Shown here: positions 45,418 to 55,869 of the stretch, piece after piece | Numbering within the stretch: the stretch's first letter is position 1 | How the letters are laid out: each line of letters starts with the position of its first letter | Notes under the pieces: model-generated | What the model was told of the DNA's origin: nothing | The model's database searches: none | What the model saw: only the letters and a program-made list of their open reading frames with translations | Program-made: the position numbers and the translations under genes | NCBI GenBank assembly: GCA_043817405.1 | Contig: JBDRGV010000051.1 | Location: forward strand, 1,960-65,959 | Direction: 5' to 3' | DNA from: an archaeon | GTDB lineage: Archaea; Nanobdellota; Nanobdellia; Woesearchaeales; GCA-2686295 | DNA: 64,000 bases

Positions 45418-45915
45418 ATGACATTTGAAAATAATCTTGGACTATTAAGAACAAAACAAGCAGAAATACTGTCTGAGAACATCAAAGTTAGAAAGTTAAC
45501 TGCAGAAGATGCAATGATAAAACCGGTGCTATTATATCCTGATGATGATGTTCAAACCATACTGAAAAAATTAAAAAAAGAAAGCATAAACGATTGCATA
45601 GTCGTCAATAAAAATAAAACCTTCCTGGGAGAAATAAGCAATGAAGATATCAACAAATTATTTTTAGATCAGATTAAGAAAGAACCATTAGTACAAAAAC
45701 TCAACAGAGGTTACAAACGAGAATTTAATTATAAATCTGCAAAAGACCTAATGAATAAACACAAATCAACCGCTAAATTAAATACACCCATAAATAAAAT
45801 TATAGAATTACTATGCAAAGAATGTTTTCACTACATTCCCATCACAGACGATGACGAACAGGTCATAGGTGTCGTAACACCAAGCAGCATCATAAATCTA
45901 TTGAAAGACTATTAA
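45418..45915 (+). CDS. CBS-domain pair protein
   Basis: Two CBS-like units (TAEDAMIKPV...FLGEIS and AKDLMNKH...VIGVVT). Confidence 0.6.
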   Translation: MTFENNLGLLRTKQAEILSENIKVRKLTAEDAMIKPVLLYPDDDVQTILKKLKKESINDCIVVNKNKTFLGEISNEDINKLFLDQIKKEPLVQKLNRGYKREFNYKSAKDLMNKHKSTAKLNTPINKIIELLCKECFHYIPITDDDEQVIGVVTPSSIINLLKDY

Positions 45916-45917
45916 GA

Positions 45918-48653
45918 ATGAACAATCAAGAAAATAAAACCTATTGGCATCAAATATCTGTAGATGAAACTTTATTAGAATTAAAATCTTCAATCCATGG
46001 TTTAGAAGAGAATGAAGCAAAAAACAGACTCAAAATCAATGGTCCAAATACAATTGCTCAAGAAGAAAAAAATAAAGTTCTCAAACTATTGTTCAGAAAC
46101 TTTAACTCATTACTAATATACATCTTATTAGGAAGCGCCCTAATATCACTTTTTTCCAACCACCTAATTGAATTCACAGTAATTGCAATCATAATACTCA
46201 TAACAGGATTATTCGGTTTTATACAAGAATATCACGCCGGAAAATCACTTCAAGCACTATCTAAACTAACGGTTAAACATGTTGAAGTTTTACGCCATGG
46301 GGAAAAAACTCAAATCAACAAAGAAGAATTAGTTGTGGGAGATGTAATTGTTCTAAAAAGAGGAATGATAGTTCCAGCAGATGTTAGGGTTATCGAAAAC
46401 AAAGGATTATCTGCCGATGAATCAATTCTAACGGGCGAATCAATACAAAAATACAAACGAATAGATGAAATAGAAGAGCTGGAAGTCCCAATAAGTGACC
46501 AACACAACATGTTATTCGCAGGAACAAGCATAACAAATGGTCATGGACACGGAATAGTCATTGCAACTGGTTTAGAATCAGAAATCGGAAAAATATCTCA
46601 AACCCTGAAGAAAATAGGTTTTCAAAGAAGCCCTTTGCAAAAACAAATAGATGAAATGAGCAGAAGAATCGCCTACACAATCATTTTTGCATGCGCATTT
46701 CTTCTAATAATATTATTCACAAAGAACTTCGGAATATTTGAATCACTAATATTAGTTGGCGCAGTAGCAGTCTCAGGAATACCAGAAAGTTTTCCTTTAG
46801 CCATGACAATGTCCTTATCCAATGGTGTTAAAAGAATGGCCAAGAAGAATGCCATAGTAAAAGATCTGAGCTCCGTTGAAACCCTAGGAACCACAACCGT
46901 GATTTGCACCGATAAAACCGGTACACTAACGGAAAATAAAATGCTCGTAGAAAAAGTTTTCTTTGCAGACGGAACCGAAATTGAAGTAAAAGGACATGAA
47001 TATAATCCAACAAACACATTTTCAAACAAACAAGGAGTTTTCGAAAAACACCGATTCACCAACTATCAAGAATTCTTTAAAGCATGTATTCTGTGCAATA
47101 ATGCACAGCTTTTAATCAAAGATGAAGAATGGGCTCTATCGGGAGAACCAACCGAAGGAGCAATATTATCATTGGCTAAAAGCGCAGGTTTTGACGATCT
47201 CACAATAAAAAAAGAAAATAAACAACTACTGGAAATCCCTTTTGACCCATTCGAAAAATTCATGATAACAATAAATGAACATGAAAATCAAAAAACTGCT
47301 TATCTAAAAGGAGCGGCTGAAAAAATCCTTGAGAAATGCACTCATATAAGAACAAAAAATAAAGAAGTAATCAAACTAAACCAAAAACTGATTGATGAAA
47401 TATTAGCACAGGTAAATCATTATAGCAACCAAACCTATAGAGTTCTGGGAATTGCAACCAAACAAGTAGATAATATACAATCAAATCTTAATTCAGAATT
47501 CATATTTGAAGGACTGATGGGAATTGACGACCCCATACGTGAGCAAGCATATCAAGCAGTAAAAGAATGTCAAAGCGCCAACGTCAGAGTAATAATGATT
47601 ACCGGAGACCATAAACACACAGCCAAAAGTGTCGGGAAGAAACTCGGCCTAATGACATCAAATGAAGATTTAATTCTTGAAGGACATGAACTTGATAAGA
47701 TGAGTGATGAAGAATTGGATAAAATTATTTCTAAAGTAGTAATATTTTCAAGAACAACACCAGACCATAAGTTTAGAATTGTATGTTCTCTGCAAAGAAA
47801 AGGTGAAATTGTAGCTATGACTGGTGACGGAGTAAACGACGCACCCGCATTAAAAAAAGCTGATATAGGTGTTAGCATGGGTAAATCAGGGACAGATGTG
47901 GCCAGAGAAGCATCAAACATGGTGCTAACAGACGATCATTTCTCAACCATAGTCAATGCAATAAAAGAAGGAAGGACCATTTACAGCAACATAAGACGGT
48001 TCATATACTATCTGTTAACAGGCAACATGACAGAAGTAATACTCATAATATCAACCATCTTGATTGGATTAACGACGCCTTTAACAGCCCTAATGATTCT
48101 ATTCATTAATTTAGTAACAAGCACATTTCCAGCGATGGCGTTAAGCGTTGAATCCACCCATATAAAAGTGATGAAACAAAAACCTAGAAATCCAAGTGAA
48201 AAAATATTATCACATTATATTTTATTAAAAATACTTGTATTGGTTCCCCTATTGTTTTTAGGAACATTAGCATTATTCTTGTGGGAACTAAACACGCCTG
48301 GTGGAAGCATAGAAAAAGCTCGAACAGTGGCATTTGCAACGCTTATAATGTTTGAACTACTGCATACATTTAATGCAAGATCACTACACACAACCATCTT
48401 TAACAAGAACTTCTTTTCAAACAAATACATATTCATAGCAGTAGGCACATCATTGGCATTAACATTACTAACAATATATAGTGGAATAGGACAAAAAATC
48501 TTTAACACAGTTTCATTATCAGCCACGGAATGGATAATGATAACAATTGTAAGCAGCCTAGTAATAATAGTTGCAGAGATAATAAAATCACTTATAAAAA
48601 GCGAATTCAAAGAGCAAAAAAGACTGAAAGGATTAGAAATACAAGTTGAGTAA
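45918..48653 (+). CDS. Cation-transporting P-type ATPase (P2-type)
   Basis: ICTDKTGTLTENKM (DKTGT), MITGDHKHTA, TGDGVNDAPALKKADIGVSMG, and a 10-TM layout. 911 aa. Confidence 0.85.
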   Translation: MNNQENKTYWHQISVDETLLELKSSIHGLEENEAKNRLKINGPNTIAQEEKNKVLKLLFRNFNSLLIYILLGSALISLFSNHLIEFTVIAIIILITGLFGFIQEYHAGKSLQALSKLTVKHVEVLRHGEKTQINKEELVVGDVIVLKRGMIVPADVRVIENKGLSADESILTGESIQKYKRIDEIEELEVPISDQHNMLFAGTSITNGHGHGIVIATGLESEIGKISQTLKKIGFQRSPLQKQIDEMSRRIAYTIIFACAFLLIILFTKNFGIFESLILVGAVAVSGIPESFPLAMTMSLSNGVKRMAKKNAIVKDLSSVETLGTTTVICTDKTGTLTENKMLVEKVFFADGTEIEVKGHEYNPTNTFSNKQGVFEKHRFTNYQEFFKACILCNNAQLLIKDEEWALSGEPTEGAILSLAKSAGFDDLTIKKENKQLLEIPFDPFEKFMITINEHENQKTAYLKGAAEKILEKCTHIRTKNKEVIKLNQKLIDEILAQVNHYSNQTYRVLGIATKQVDNIQSNLNSEFIFEGLMGIDDPIREQAYQAVKECQSANVRVIMITGDHKHTAKSVGKKLGLMTSNEDLILEGHELDKMSDEELDKIISKVVIFSRTTPDHKFRIVCSLQRKGEIVAMTGDGVNDAPALKKADIGVSMGKSGTDVAREASNMVLTDDHFSTIVNAIKEGRTIYSNIRRFIYYLLTGNMTEVILIISTILIGLTTPLTALMILFINLVTSTFPAMALSVESTHIKVMKQKPRNPSEKILSHYILLKILVLVPLLFLGTLALFLWELNTPGGSIEKARTVAFATLIMFELLHTFNARSLHTTIFNKNFFSNKYIFIAVGTSLALTLLTIYSGIGQKIFNTVSLSATEWIMITIVSSLVIIVAEIIKSLIKSEFKEQKRLKGLEIQVE

Positions 48654-48764
48654 AAGAAAAGCAACCAACCATAATATCTGTTCTACAATTATTTCAACTC
48701 AATCCACAATGAACCCATTTGCTTTTTAACAATATTTATAAATGATGTGCACATATAATTTTTT

Positions 48765-49658
48765 ATGGCATTTCCTGATTTAAAACAAATTTTCATTGAT
48801 AGTTTTGGAAAGATAATATTAATAATTTCCATATTTGTCATCACTGCTCTGATTGCCAGAATAGTTGGTTTTGTCTTAAAGAGATTTTTCAAAAGATCAT
48901 CAAAGATACTTAATGTTGACCCCACAAAGTATACTTTCATCAGATACCTTATTTCAGCAGCCATTTACTTAATTGGAATTAGTATTGCAATTTCCATGAT
49001 TCCTTCTCTAAGATCGCTAGCAGTTTCTTTATTAGCCGGTGCAGGTATTCTTGTAATTGTTATTGGATTTGCATCACAACAAGCCTTTTCAAACATTATA
49101 AGCGGAATATTCATTGTGATTTTCAAACCCTTTAGAATAGGCGACCGGTTGAAGATAGGAACTGATCTGAGAGGAATAGTTGAAGACATTACACTAAGGC
49201 ATACGGTGATAAGAGATTTTGAGAACAAAAGAATAATCATACCTAACTCAGTCATAAACAATGAAATATTAGAAAATTCAACCATTGGAGATGAGAAAAT
49301 CTGCAAATGGGTCGAATTTGGAATAAGCTACGACTCAGATGTTGACAAAGCAAAGAAGATTATGATGGAAGAAGCATTAAAACATCCAAAACACATTGAC
49401 AATCGAACAAAAGAAGAACAAGAGAATAAAGACCCAATTGTAAGGGTTAGAATTGTTGGTTTTGGAGATTCTTCAGTGAACCTAAGAGCATATGTTTGGG
49501 CTAAAAATCCTCCAGATGCATGGATGATTGGATGCGATCTTAATGAAAACATAAAGAAAAGATTTGACAAAGAAGGAGTGGAAATACCATTTCCCTACAG
49601 AACAATTGTGTTCAAAGATAATAAATCTTCAAAAAAGAAAAGCATAAGCAGAAAATAA
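48765..49658 (+). CDS. MscS-family mechanosensitive channel
   Basis: Three TMs, then FKPFRIGDRLKIGTDLRGIVEDITLRHTVIRDFENKRIIIPNS, the MscS beta-domain signature. Confidence 0.75.
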   Translation: MAFPDLKQIFIDSFGKIILIISIFVITALIARIVGFVLKRFFKRSSKILNVDPTKYTFIRYLISAAIYLIGISIAISMIPSLRSLAVSLLAGAGILVIVIGFASQQAFSNIISGIFIVIFKPFRIGDRLKIGTDLRGIVEDITLRHTVIRDFENKRIIIPNSVINNEILENSTIGDEKICKWVEFGISYDSDVDKAKKIMMEEALKHPKHIDNRTKEEQENKDPIVRVRIVGFGDSSVNLRAYVWAKNPPDAWMIGCDLNENIKKRFDKEGVEIPFPYRTIVFKDNKSSKKKSISRK

Positions 49659-49683
49659 CTCATCACCATAAAGGAGGCGACAA

Positions 49684-50751
49684 ATGAAAATTTCAAAATT
49701 CATAAAACGATCATCTCATAAAACCGGTATGGGTCCTGGAAGCGTTGTTTATGTTGGCAAGAAAAGATCCGCCAAACCAACATTCGAGCTCATCGATTAT
49801 AATTTCGAGAATGTTTCTGAAAAAAAACTTAAAACAATTGAAGAATCATTTCCTTTCAAAGACATGCCCAGTGTGACCTGGTTGAATATCATGGGTTTGC
49901 ACGATACAAGCATCATTGAAAAAGTAGGAAATCATTTCGGTCTCCATCCACTTATACAGGAAGACATTGTTAGCACCGGTCAAAGACCAAAAATGGAGGA
50001 TTTTGAAAACTACCTATTCATCGTTCTCAGAATGCTTTATTATGATAAGAAAAATGAACTTTCTGCCGAACAGGTCAGCATAGTTATAGGTCCTAATTTT
50101 GTCATTAGTTTTCAAGAACAAGAGGGTGATGTTTTTGACGATGTAAGAACAAGAATTAAGGATACAAAGTGGAGAATTAGGAAAAGTGGCAGTGATTATT
50201 TGGCCTATGCTTTGATTGATTCAATTATTGATAACTATTTTCTTGTGCTTGAAAAATTGGGCGACAAACTAGAAGACCTGGAAGAAGAACTAAATACAAA
50301 CCCTAGTCAGAAAACTTTGAATGAAGTATACATCATGAAAAAGGAGCTTGTCTTTTTAAGAAAGTCTGTTTGGCCTCTTAGAGAAGTAATAAGCAAATTC
50401 CATAAGAGCGAATCTAAGCTCATACAAAAACAAACTGTAAGGTACATTAATGATTTGTACGAACACACAATCCAAGTTATTGATACCATTGAAAGCTTTC
50501 GTGATATGATTTCAAGCATGATTGATGTTCATCTTTCAAGTTTAAGCAATAAAATGAACGAAGTTATGAAAGTGCTGACGATTTTTGCAGCGATATTCAT
50601 TCCACTAACTTTCATTGCAGGGATTTATGGAATGAATTTTGAAGTAATGCCTGAACTCTCGTGGCCCTACGGCTACGCTTTTGCATGGGCAATCTTTTTA
50701 TCAGTTGGAATTGGAATGCTAGTTTTTTTCAAAAAGAAAAAATGGATTTAA
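49684..50751 (+). CDS. corA: CorA magnesium/cobalt transporter
   Basis: YGMNFEVMPEL (GMN motif) between two C-terminal TMs; long N-terminal soluble domain. Confidence 0.8.
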   Translation: MKISKFIKRSSHKTGMGPGSVVYVGKKRSAKPTFELIDYNFENVSEKKLKTIEESFPFKDMPSVTWLNIMGLHDTSIIEKVGNHFGLHPLIQEDIVSTGQRPKMEDFENYLFIVLRMLYYDKKNELSAEQVSIVIGPNFVISFQEQEGDVFDDVRTRIKDTKWRIRKSGSDYLAYALIDSIIDNYFLVLEKLGDKLEDLEEELNTNPSQKTLNEVYIMKKELVFLRKSVWPLREVISKFHKSESKLIQKQTVRYINDLYEHTIQVIDTIESFRDMISSMIDVHLSSLSNKMNEVMKVLTIFAAIFIPLTFIAGIYGMNFEVMPELSWPYGYAFAWAIFLSVGIGMLVFFKKKKWI

Positions 50752-50788
50752 AAAGAACTAATTAGAATAAGTTATTCAATAAATCTCA

Positions 50789-51688
50789 TCACATCTCTTC
50801 CAATCTTTTAATCCTTTCTTCAATTGGCGGATGTGTAGAAAACAATCTACTTCGTCCACTTTTCTTTTTTCTAAAAGGCGAACTAATGAACAAGTGAGCA
50901 GTTGCTTTATTTGCAGTGTCAACCAGTGGGTCAGGATCTTTAGAAATCTTCTTCAAAGCCGAAGCAAGTCCCGGAGGGTATCTTGTAAACATAGCGCCCG
51001 AAGCATCTGCCATGTACTCTCTCTTTCTACTAATGGACAATTTAATCAATTCAGCTATTATAGGAGCTAAAATAGCCAATACCAATCCAACCACTATAAA
51101 AATAATAGTCGCATTACCACTGTTTTTTCGACCGCTTCCTTTTCCACCCCAAAGAAAACTTCTAAGTAAAAACTGACTTAGTAAAAGAATAACTCCAACA
51201 AGAACAGCCGCAAGCATCATCACCTTAATATCATTATTCTTGATGTGACTCATCTCATGAGCAACAACCCCTTCCAACTCCTGCCTGTTCAACTTCTCCA
51301 AAAGGCCAGTTGTAACCGCAATGGAAGCATTCTCGGGTTTTCTTCCGGTTGCAAAAGCATTAAGAGCAGAATCTTTAATCACATAGCATTTAGGCGTAGG
51401 TAACCCTGCTGCCAATGACAATCCTTCAACGGTGTGAAACAGATGAGGATATTCTTGTTTAGTAACTTCCTTAGCACCAGATATGCTCATAATCATCCTG
51501 TCGCCAGTAGAAAAAACAACTAAAGTGTAAATCACTCCAAATATGGTTGTTATGATCAAACCCATAAAAATATCTCCCATGTACAAGCCAAATGCAAAAC
51601 CAAACAGAGATATAATTAAGAAAAATAAAACTATGAGGAACCATGTCTTCACATTGTTCCTCCTAATCTCATCAAAAGTTATTCGCAT
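50789..51688 (-). CDS. htpX: HtpX-like M48 zinc metalloprotease
   Basis: VAHEMSHIKNND (HExxH), four TMs, C-terminal LFSTHPPIEERI. Confidence 0.8.
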   Translation of the reverse strand: MRITFDEIRRNNVKTWFLIVLFFLIISLFGFAFGLYMGDIFMGLIITTIFGVIYTLVVFSTGDRMIMSISGAKEVTKQEYPHLFHTVEGLSLAAGLPTPKCYVIKDSALNAFATGRKPENASIAVTTGLLEKLNRQELEGVVAHEMSHIKNNDIKVMMLAAVLVGVILLLSQFLLRSFLWGGKGSGRKNSGNATIIFIVVGLVLAILAPIIAELIKLSISRKREYMADASGAMFTRYPPGLASALKKISKDPDPLVDTANKATAHLFISSPFRKKKSGRSRLFSTHPPIEERIKRLEEM

Positions 51689-52245
51689 CAGAATTCTACT
51701 TTAACGTTTTTCCTTTCTTCTGCTGAGGTTTCGAAAGATGCTTCTTCTTTAAAACCAAGAGTTCCTGCAATTACATTGTTTGGAAAAGTCTGAATCTTAG
51801 TGTTGAAGACCATAACAATGTCGTTGTAGTGCTGTCTTGAATAAGCAATCTTGTTTTCTGTTCCAGCCAGTTCTTCCTGAAGCTGCATAAAGTTCTGATT
51901 AGCTTTCAAATCAGGATAATTCTCTGAAACCGCAAACAGGCTCTTCAAAGTTTCACTCAGCATATTACTTGCTTTTCCTTTTTCATCAGGAGTGGTTGCT
52001 TTCATAACAGCCGCTCTTGCCTTAGTAATATTTTCAAGAGTTGTCTTCTCATGCTTCATATAACCCTTGACAGCATTAACCAAATTAGGAATCAAATCGT
52101 TTCTTCTCTTAAGCTGAACATCTATTTGTGCAAAAGAGTTCTTGACCTGATTCTTCAATCTAATAAGTCTGTTAAACAGTCCAACAATTAAAAGAACTAT
52201 TACAACGACTATAATTATCACAATCCATAATGTTGATAAAGCCAT
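51688..52245 (-). CDS. lemA: LemA family protein
   Basis: N-terminal TM, then [13 protein letters not shown]...[18 protein letters not shown] is LemA-typical. Overlaps htpX by 1 nt. Confidence 0.75.
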   Translation of the reverse strand: MALSTLWIVIIIVVVIVLLIVGLFNRLIRLKNQVKNSFAQIDVQLKRRNDLIPNLVNAVKGYMKHEKTTLENITKARAAVMKATTPDEKGKASNMLSETLKSLFAVSENYPDLKANQNFMQLQEELAGTENKIAYSRQHYNDIVMVFNTKIQTFPNNVIAGTLGFKEEASFETSAEERKNVKVEF

Positions 52246-52417
52246 TTTTTTATTCCTCCCCTATAGGTTTATTATTTTGTTAAACAATATTGGTTATTTA
52301 AATGTTATGAATTAATACAATTAGAATTTAAATTATAAAAAAAATTCCAAACTAGAATTCAATCAAAGAGTAATTATTCTCATTGGTTTATGTTAAAAAA
52401 TGATTTTGGTTCTATGA

Positions 52418-52489
52418 CTAATTATTATCATCATCATCAGGATCATAATCATCAAAATCGTCTTCGTCACCATAATTATAGTTGTTCAT
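52418..52489 (-). CDS. Tiny acidic peptide (23 aa, MNNYNYGDEDDFDDYDPDDDDNN), speculative
   Basis: Strong GGAGGT lies 8 nt upstream of the ATG, in an otherwise empty 400-bp AT-rich spacer. Confidence 0.2.
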   Translation of the reverse strand: MNNYNYGDEDDFDDYDPDDDDNN

Positions 52490-52652
52490 TTTTCATTACC
52501 TCCAATAGTCTATAATTCAGATGTTTTCAAGCACCTTTTAGCGCATATCTGAATGTTTTATCGCAACGTGTATACTCTATTATTTAAATTTTATGAAAAT
52601 AAACGGTTTAAGTTAGAAAAGAATTATAAACCAGCGAAGTTGGTGTTTTCAA

Positions 52653-53081
52653 ATGGTAGAATTTAACTCCGATGGTAGCCTGAAGCTTCCTAAACAAATG
52701 CTTGATAGAAAAGAAGAAAACGAAAAAAAGATGCATACACAAAAATGTATGACTATAAAACGAGAAATCATGAGCTTTACAGCTCCAAAAAAATGTGTTC
52801 TAAGACTTGTTTTATCGGATGTTTTCAACAATGATTCCAGATTCGTAGATACTATTTATGGTTATTTTAAAGATAGAGCAATGGTTCCAAACAGGCTAAC
52901 AAAAATAAGTGATAAAGAATTCGAAGTTGAAATTGGAACTGATTTTAGAAGGTGCACAGACTGCAATTCATTAATAAACGAATTCAGAGAGTTTTTGCCA
53001 GGAAATGTAATTGAAGAAAAAGGAAGCTGTAGCTTTGAAGGGCAAATAAAGAATTTCTCCTATGAAGATTATTTCGATTGA
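52653..53081 (+). CDS. Hypothetical protein
   Basis: 142-aa ORF. Confidence 0.4.
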   Translation: MVEFNSDGSLKLPKQMLDRKEENEKKMHTQKCMTIKREIMSFTAPKKCVLRLVLSDVFNNDSRFVDTIYGYFKDRAMVPNRLTKISDKEFEVEIGTDFRRCTDCNSLINEFREFLPGNVIEEKGSCSFEGQIKNFSYEDYFD

Positions 53082-53140
53082 TTGAATTTTCTCCTCTAAA
53101 ATTAACTATATTTTTATAATAGCGCCCTTTCTAAGCATAA

Positions 53141-53890
53141 ATGGCAAACTTTTGGTCGATTGTAAAAAAGGTTATTGGAGAAGCCGATGTGCTTTTGCTT
53201 CTGCTGGACGCAAGACTGGTTAATGAAACAAGAAATATTGAGATTGAAAAAAGAGTCAAAGAAGCCAATAAACCCTTAATCTATGTTATTACAAAATGCG
53301 ATTTGGTTGAAAACAAAGAAGATACTGAAATACACAAAAAAGATTTGAAACCATGTGTTTTTGTTTCTTCAAGTAAATATTATGGAGTAACAATTCTCAG
53401 GGATAGAATACTAACTGAAGCCGCCAAGCATAAAATAAAATCCACATCAATTAAAGTCGGTGTTCTTGGTTATCCCAATGTTGGAAAATCTTCTTTGATT
53501 AATGCCATGAGTGGCGGTAGTGGTGCTTCAACCAGTTCCATGAGTGGCCACACCAGAGGGCTTCAAAAAATTAGAAGTGATAATCGAATTATGTTTCTAG
53601 ACACGCCAGGAGTTATTCCTTATATGGAAAAAGAAAGCGAGAAACATTCCATGATTGGTTCCGTTGACTTTACCAAAGTTAAAGATCCTGATTTAACAGT
53701 TATGAAAATCATGGAACAATTTCCAGGTAAAATCGAGGCCTATTATGGCGTTGAAATCAATGATGATTTTGAAGCTTCTCTTGAAAACATTGCTCGTTCT
53801 AAGAACATTGTTAAAAGCGGTAATCAACTCAATATTGATCAAATGGCTCGAACAATTTTGAAAGACTGGCAAAAAGGAAACATAAAGTAA
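53141..53890 (+). CDS. Circularly permuted GTPase (RbgA/YlqF/Nug1-like, ribosome biogenesis)
   Basis: G4 (ITKCDL) comes before G1 (GYPNVGKSSLIN) and G3 (DTPGV), the circularly permuted order. Confidence 0.7.
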   Translation: MANFWSIVKKVIGEADVLLLLLDARLVNETRNIEIEKRVKEANKPLIYVITKCDLVENKEDTEIHKKDLKPCVFVSSSKYYGVTILRDRILTEAAKHKIKSTSIKVGVLGYPNVGKSSLINAMSGGSGASTSSMSGHTRGLQKIRSDNRIMFLDTPGVIPYMEKESEKHSMIGSVDFTKVKDPDLTVMKIMEQFPGKIEAYYGVEINDDFEASLENIARSKNIVKSGNQLNIDQMARTILKDWQKGNIK

Positions 53891-53891
53891 T

Positions 53892-55682
53892 TCAATGCTT
53901 TCTCATTTCAAACTTCACTTTTCTATAGGTTGGTATTACATACTTGTGGTCGTAAGAAACGTGTATAAGTATGTTGTAGGCCGTTGATATCATCATCAAA
54001 CCAGTAACTATCATGGCAACAGAGACCATCAAGAACCAAGCACTAACTCCTAATGCATATATCAACAATGGAGAGAACAACCCAATCAATGATAGCACCA
54101 AACCGTAAATCATTTTTTTCAATATGTTACGAGTTTTCATTATTCTAGTGCCACCTTCGAGGTTGGTCAATATTCTTACTAGCTGCTCAATTACTTGTTT
54201 AAATAGGTTAGTGGCTTTTATGAAGAAAAACATTGTACCTATAAAACCGATTCCAATAATTATATATATAGGTATTTTTGCATTAAAGTATGACGCTAGT
54301 TCCGAGGCTCCAACCAATATGAATAATGTTATTAAACTATTTTTTAAGTATTGACCCATTAATGTTCGAAGTTTTTTTGTGTGGTGATTTTCTATCTCTA
54401 TTTCTTCAAATAAAGTTTTTATGTAAAATGATAATGAACTCGTGGTTTTATGAAATCCGTTCTTTGTAGATATTAGCGCTGATATTTTCTTGTAGTTTCC
54501 AAGACCTATGGACATAATTATTGATGTGAATAGTATTACAACTGAGATTATGGTTACAAGATCTATTTGTGATCCTAAACCCATACTTTCTTTTGCCACC
54601 AGCAATGAGAATGCTCCCGGAGGCAGCATGGCTATTGCACTGAAAACAGCTCCTTCGTTTGAAAAGTTTGCAAAGATTTTTGTTGTGACTCCAATTGCAA
54701 TGAATAGACCTATTATTGATACTAGCATCAATACTATTATTGGAATTATGTATTCAAATATGGATGTTATGTTTATCAAAGTTCCAATTGCTATGAAGAA
54801 GAACGATGAAAGCATTAGTGAGTGTGGTTTTATTGAATGTTCAAACTTTTTTGACTCTGCAAATGTTGCGATGATGCTTCCTGCCAAGAATGCGCCTGCG
54901 CTTGGACTTAGGTGTAGTACATAACTCAGATATGCAAATGCAGTGCATAATGCTAGACTGATAAACATTATGAATTCTTCGCCTGCGTTTTTAGTCACCC
55001 ATGTTATGATTTTTTCTGCAAATTTTGAAACCAAGACATAGATTATTACTAGTATTGTCAAGTTTATAACTAGACTTTGTATTGCTGAGACCAGTCCTGC
55101 TGCGCCTGCTTTGCTCAATGAGCTGAAGAATGTCAGCGCAAATACTCCAAAAGCGTCTTCTAGTACCAGTACCGCAACCAACAATGGCACTTCGCTTCTT
55201 TTTATCAGTTGTTTCTGTCTGAGTATGCTGGTTACTATTGCGGTGCTTGAGAATGAGAATATTACTCCTGCAAATGCAGCTGTTGTTGTGCTAAAGCCCA
55301 ATAGTACTGTTGCTACGAATATTGTGAAAAACATGATGCCAACTTTAAAAAGCGTCACTGTTATGGCTTTCATACCTATTTTCGTTAATCGTTTTAACGA
55401 AAATTCCATTCCAATTACAAACAAGAATAATATTGCGCCCAGTTCTATCATTAGGTCAATCAAGCCAGCATCTTGAACCAATCCGAATCCGCTTGGTCCA
55501 ATGATCATTCCAACTATTAGCAGTCCTAGAACTAGTGGTTGTCTGAACTTAGCAGATAGCAGTCCGGCTATTATTGCAAATAGCATCAGAATAGCTATGA
55601 TTATTAATGGGTTGTCTATCATTTTATGGCGGGAACTGTATGCAGGAATACAAAAGTATATACTGAAATACCCCTGAATCAT
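53892..55682 (-). CDS. Monovalent cation:proton antiporter (CPA2/Kef-type) with extra C-terminal TM region
   Basis: LVLGLLIVGMIIGPSGFGLV is CPA N-terminal. At least 12 TMs. The alternative start MIDNPL at 55622 is possible. Confidence 0.7.
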   Translation of the reverse strand: MIQGYFSIYFCIPAYSSRHKMIDNPLIIIAILMLFAIIAGLLSAKFRQPLVLGLLIVGMIIGPSGFGLVQDAGLIDLMIELGAILFLFVIGMEFSLKRLTKIGMKAITVTLFKVGIMFFTIFVATVLLGFSTTTAAFAGVIFSFSSTAIVTSILRQKQLIKRSEVPLLVAVLVLEDAFGVFALTFFSSLSKAGAAGLVSAIQSLVINLTILVIIYVLVSKFAEKIITWVTKNAGEEFIMFISLALCTAFAYLSYVLHLSPSAGAFLAGSIIATFAESKKFEHSIKPHSLMLSSFFFIAIGTLINITSIFEYIIPIIVLMLVSIIGLFIAIGVTTKIFANFSNEGAVFSAIAMLPPGAFSLLVAKESMGLGSQIDLVTIISVVILFTSIIMSIGLGNYKKISALISTKNGFHKTTSSLSFYIKTLFEEIEIENHHTKKLRTLMGQYLKNSLITLFILVGASELASYFNAKIPIYIIIGIGFIGTMFFFIKATNLFKQVIEQLVRILTNLEGGTRIMKTRNILKKMIYGLVLSLIGLFSPLLIYALGVSAWFLMVSVAMIVTGLMMISTAYNILIHVSYDHKYVIPTYRKVKFEMRKH

Positions 55683-55869
55683 ATTTATTGATATACTCCT
55701 ATATAAACTTTATGATTCAACAAAAAAAATAAAAAACACACCAAAAACAAATCAAAAAATACCAGTGATTCTTCCAGAAATTATTTAAAGAAATTAAATT
55801 GTAATAAAATTTATGAAATTCAGAAAAGAAAAACTTTTCTGAGTTCATAAATTATTTAAGAGGAAATTT

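Noticed and set aside
46310-48664. Several minus-strand ORFs (46310..46531, 46673..47062, 47570..47920, 48215..48664) inside the P-type ATPase gene
   Set aside because: They sit entirely within a strongly supported 911-aa gene with DKTGT/TGDGVND motifs. Their proteins are Ser/Ile-rich, typical antisense artefacts of AT-rich DNA.
54124-55476. Plus-strand ORFs 54124..54354, 54508..54924 and 55111..55476 inside the CPA2 antiporter gene
   Set aside because: Antisense to a 596-aa multi-TM gene; no motifs.
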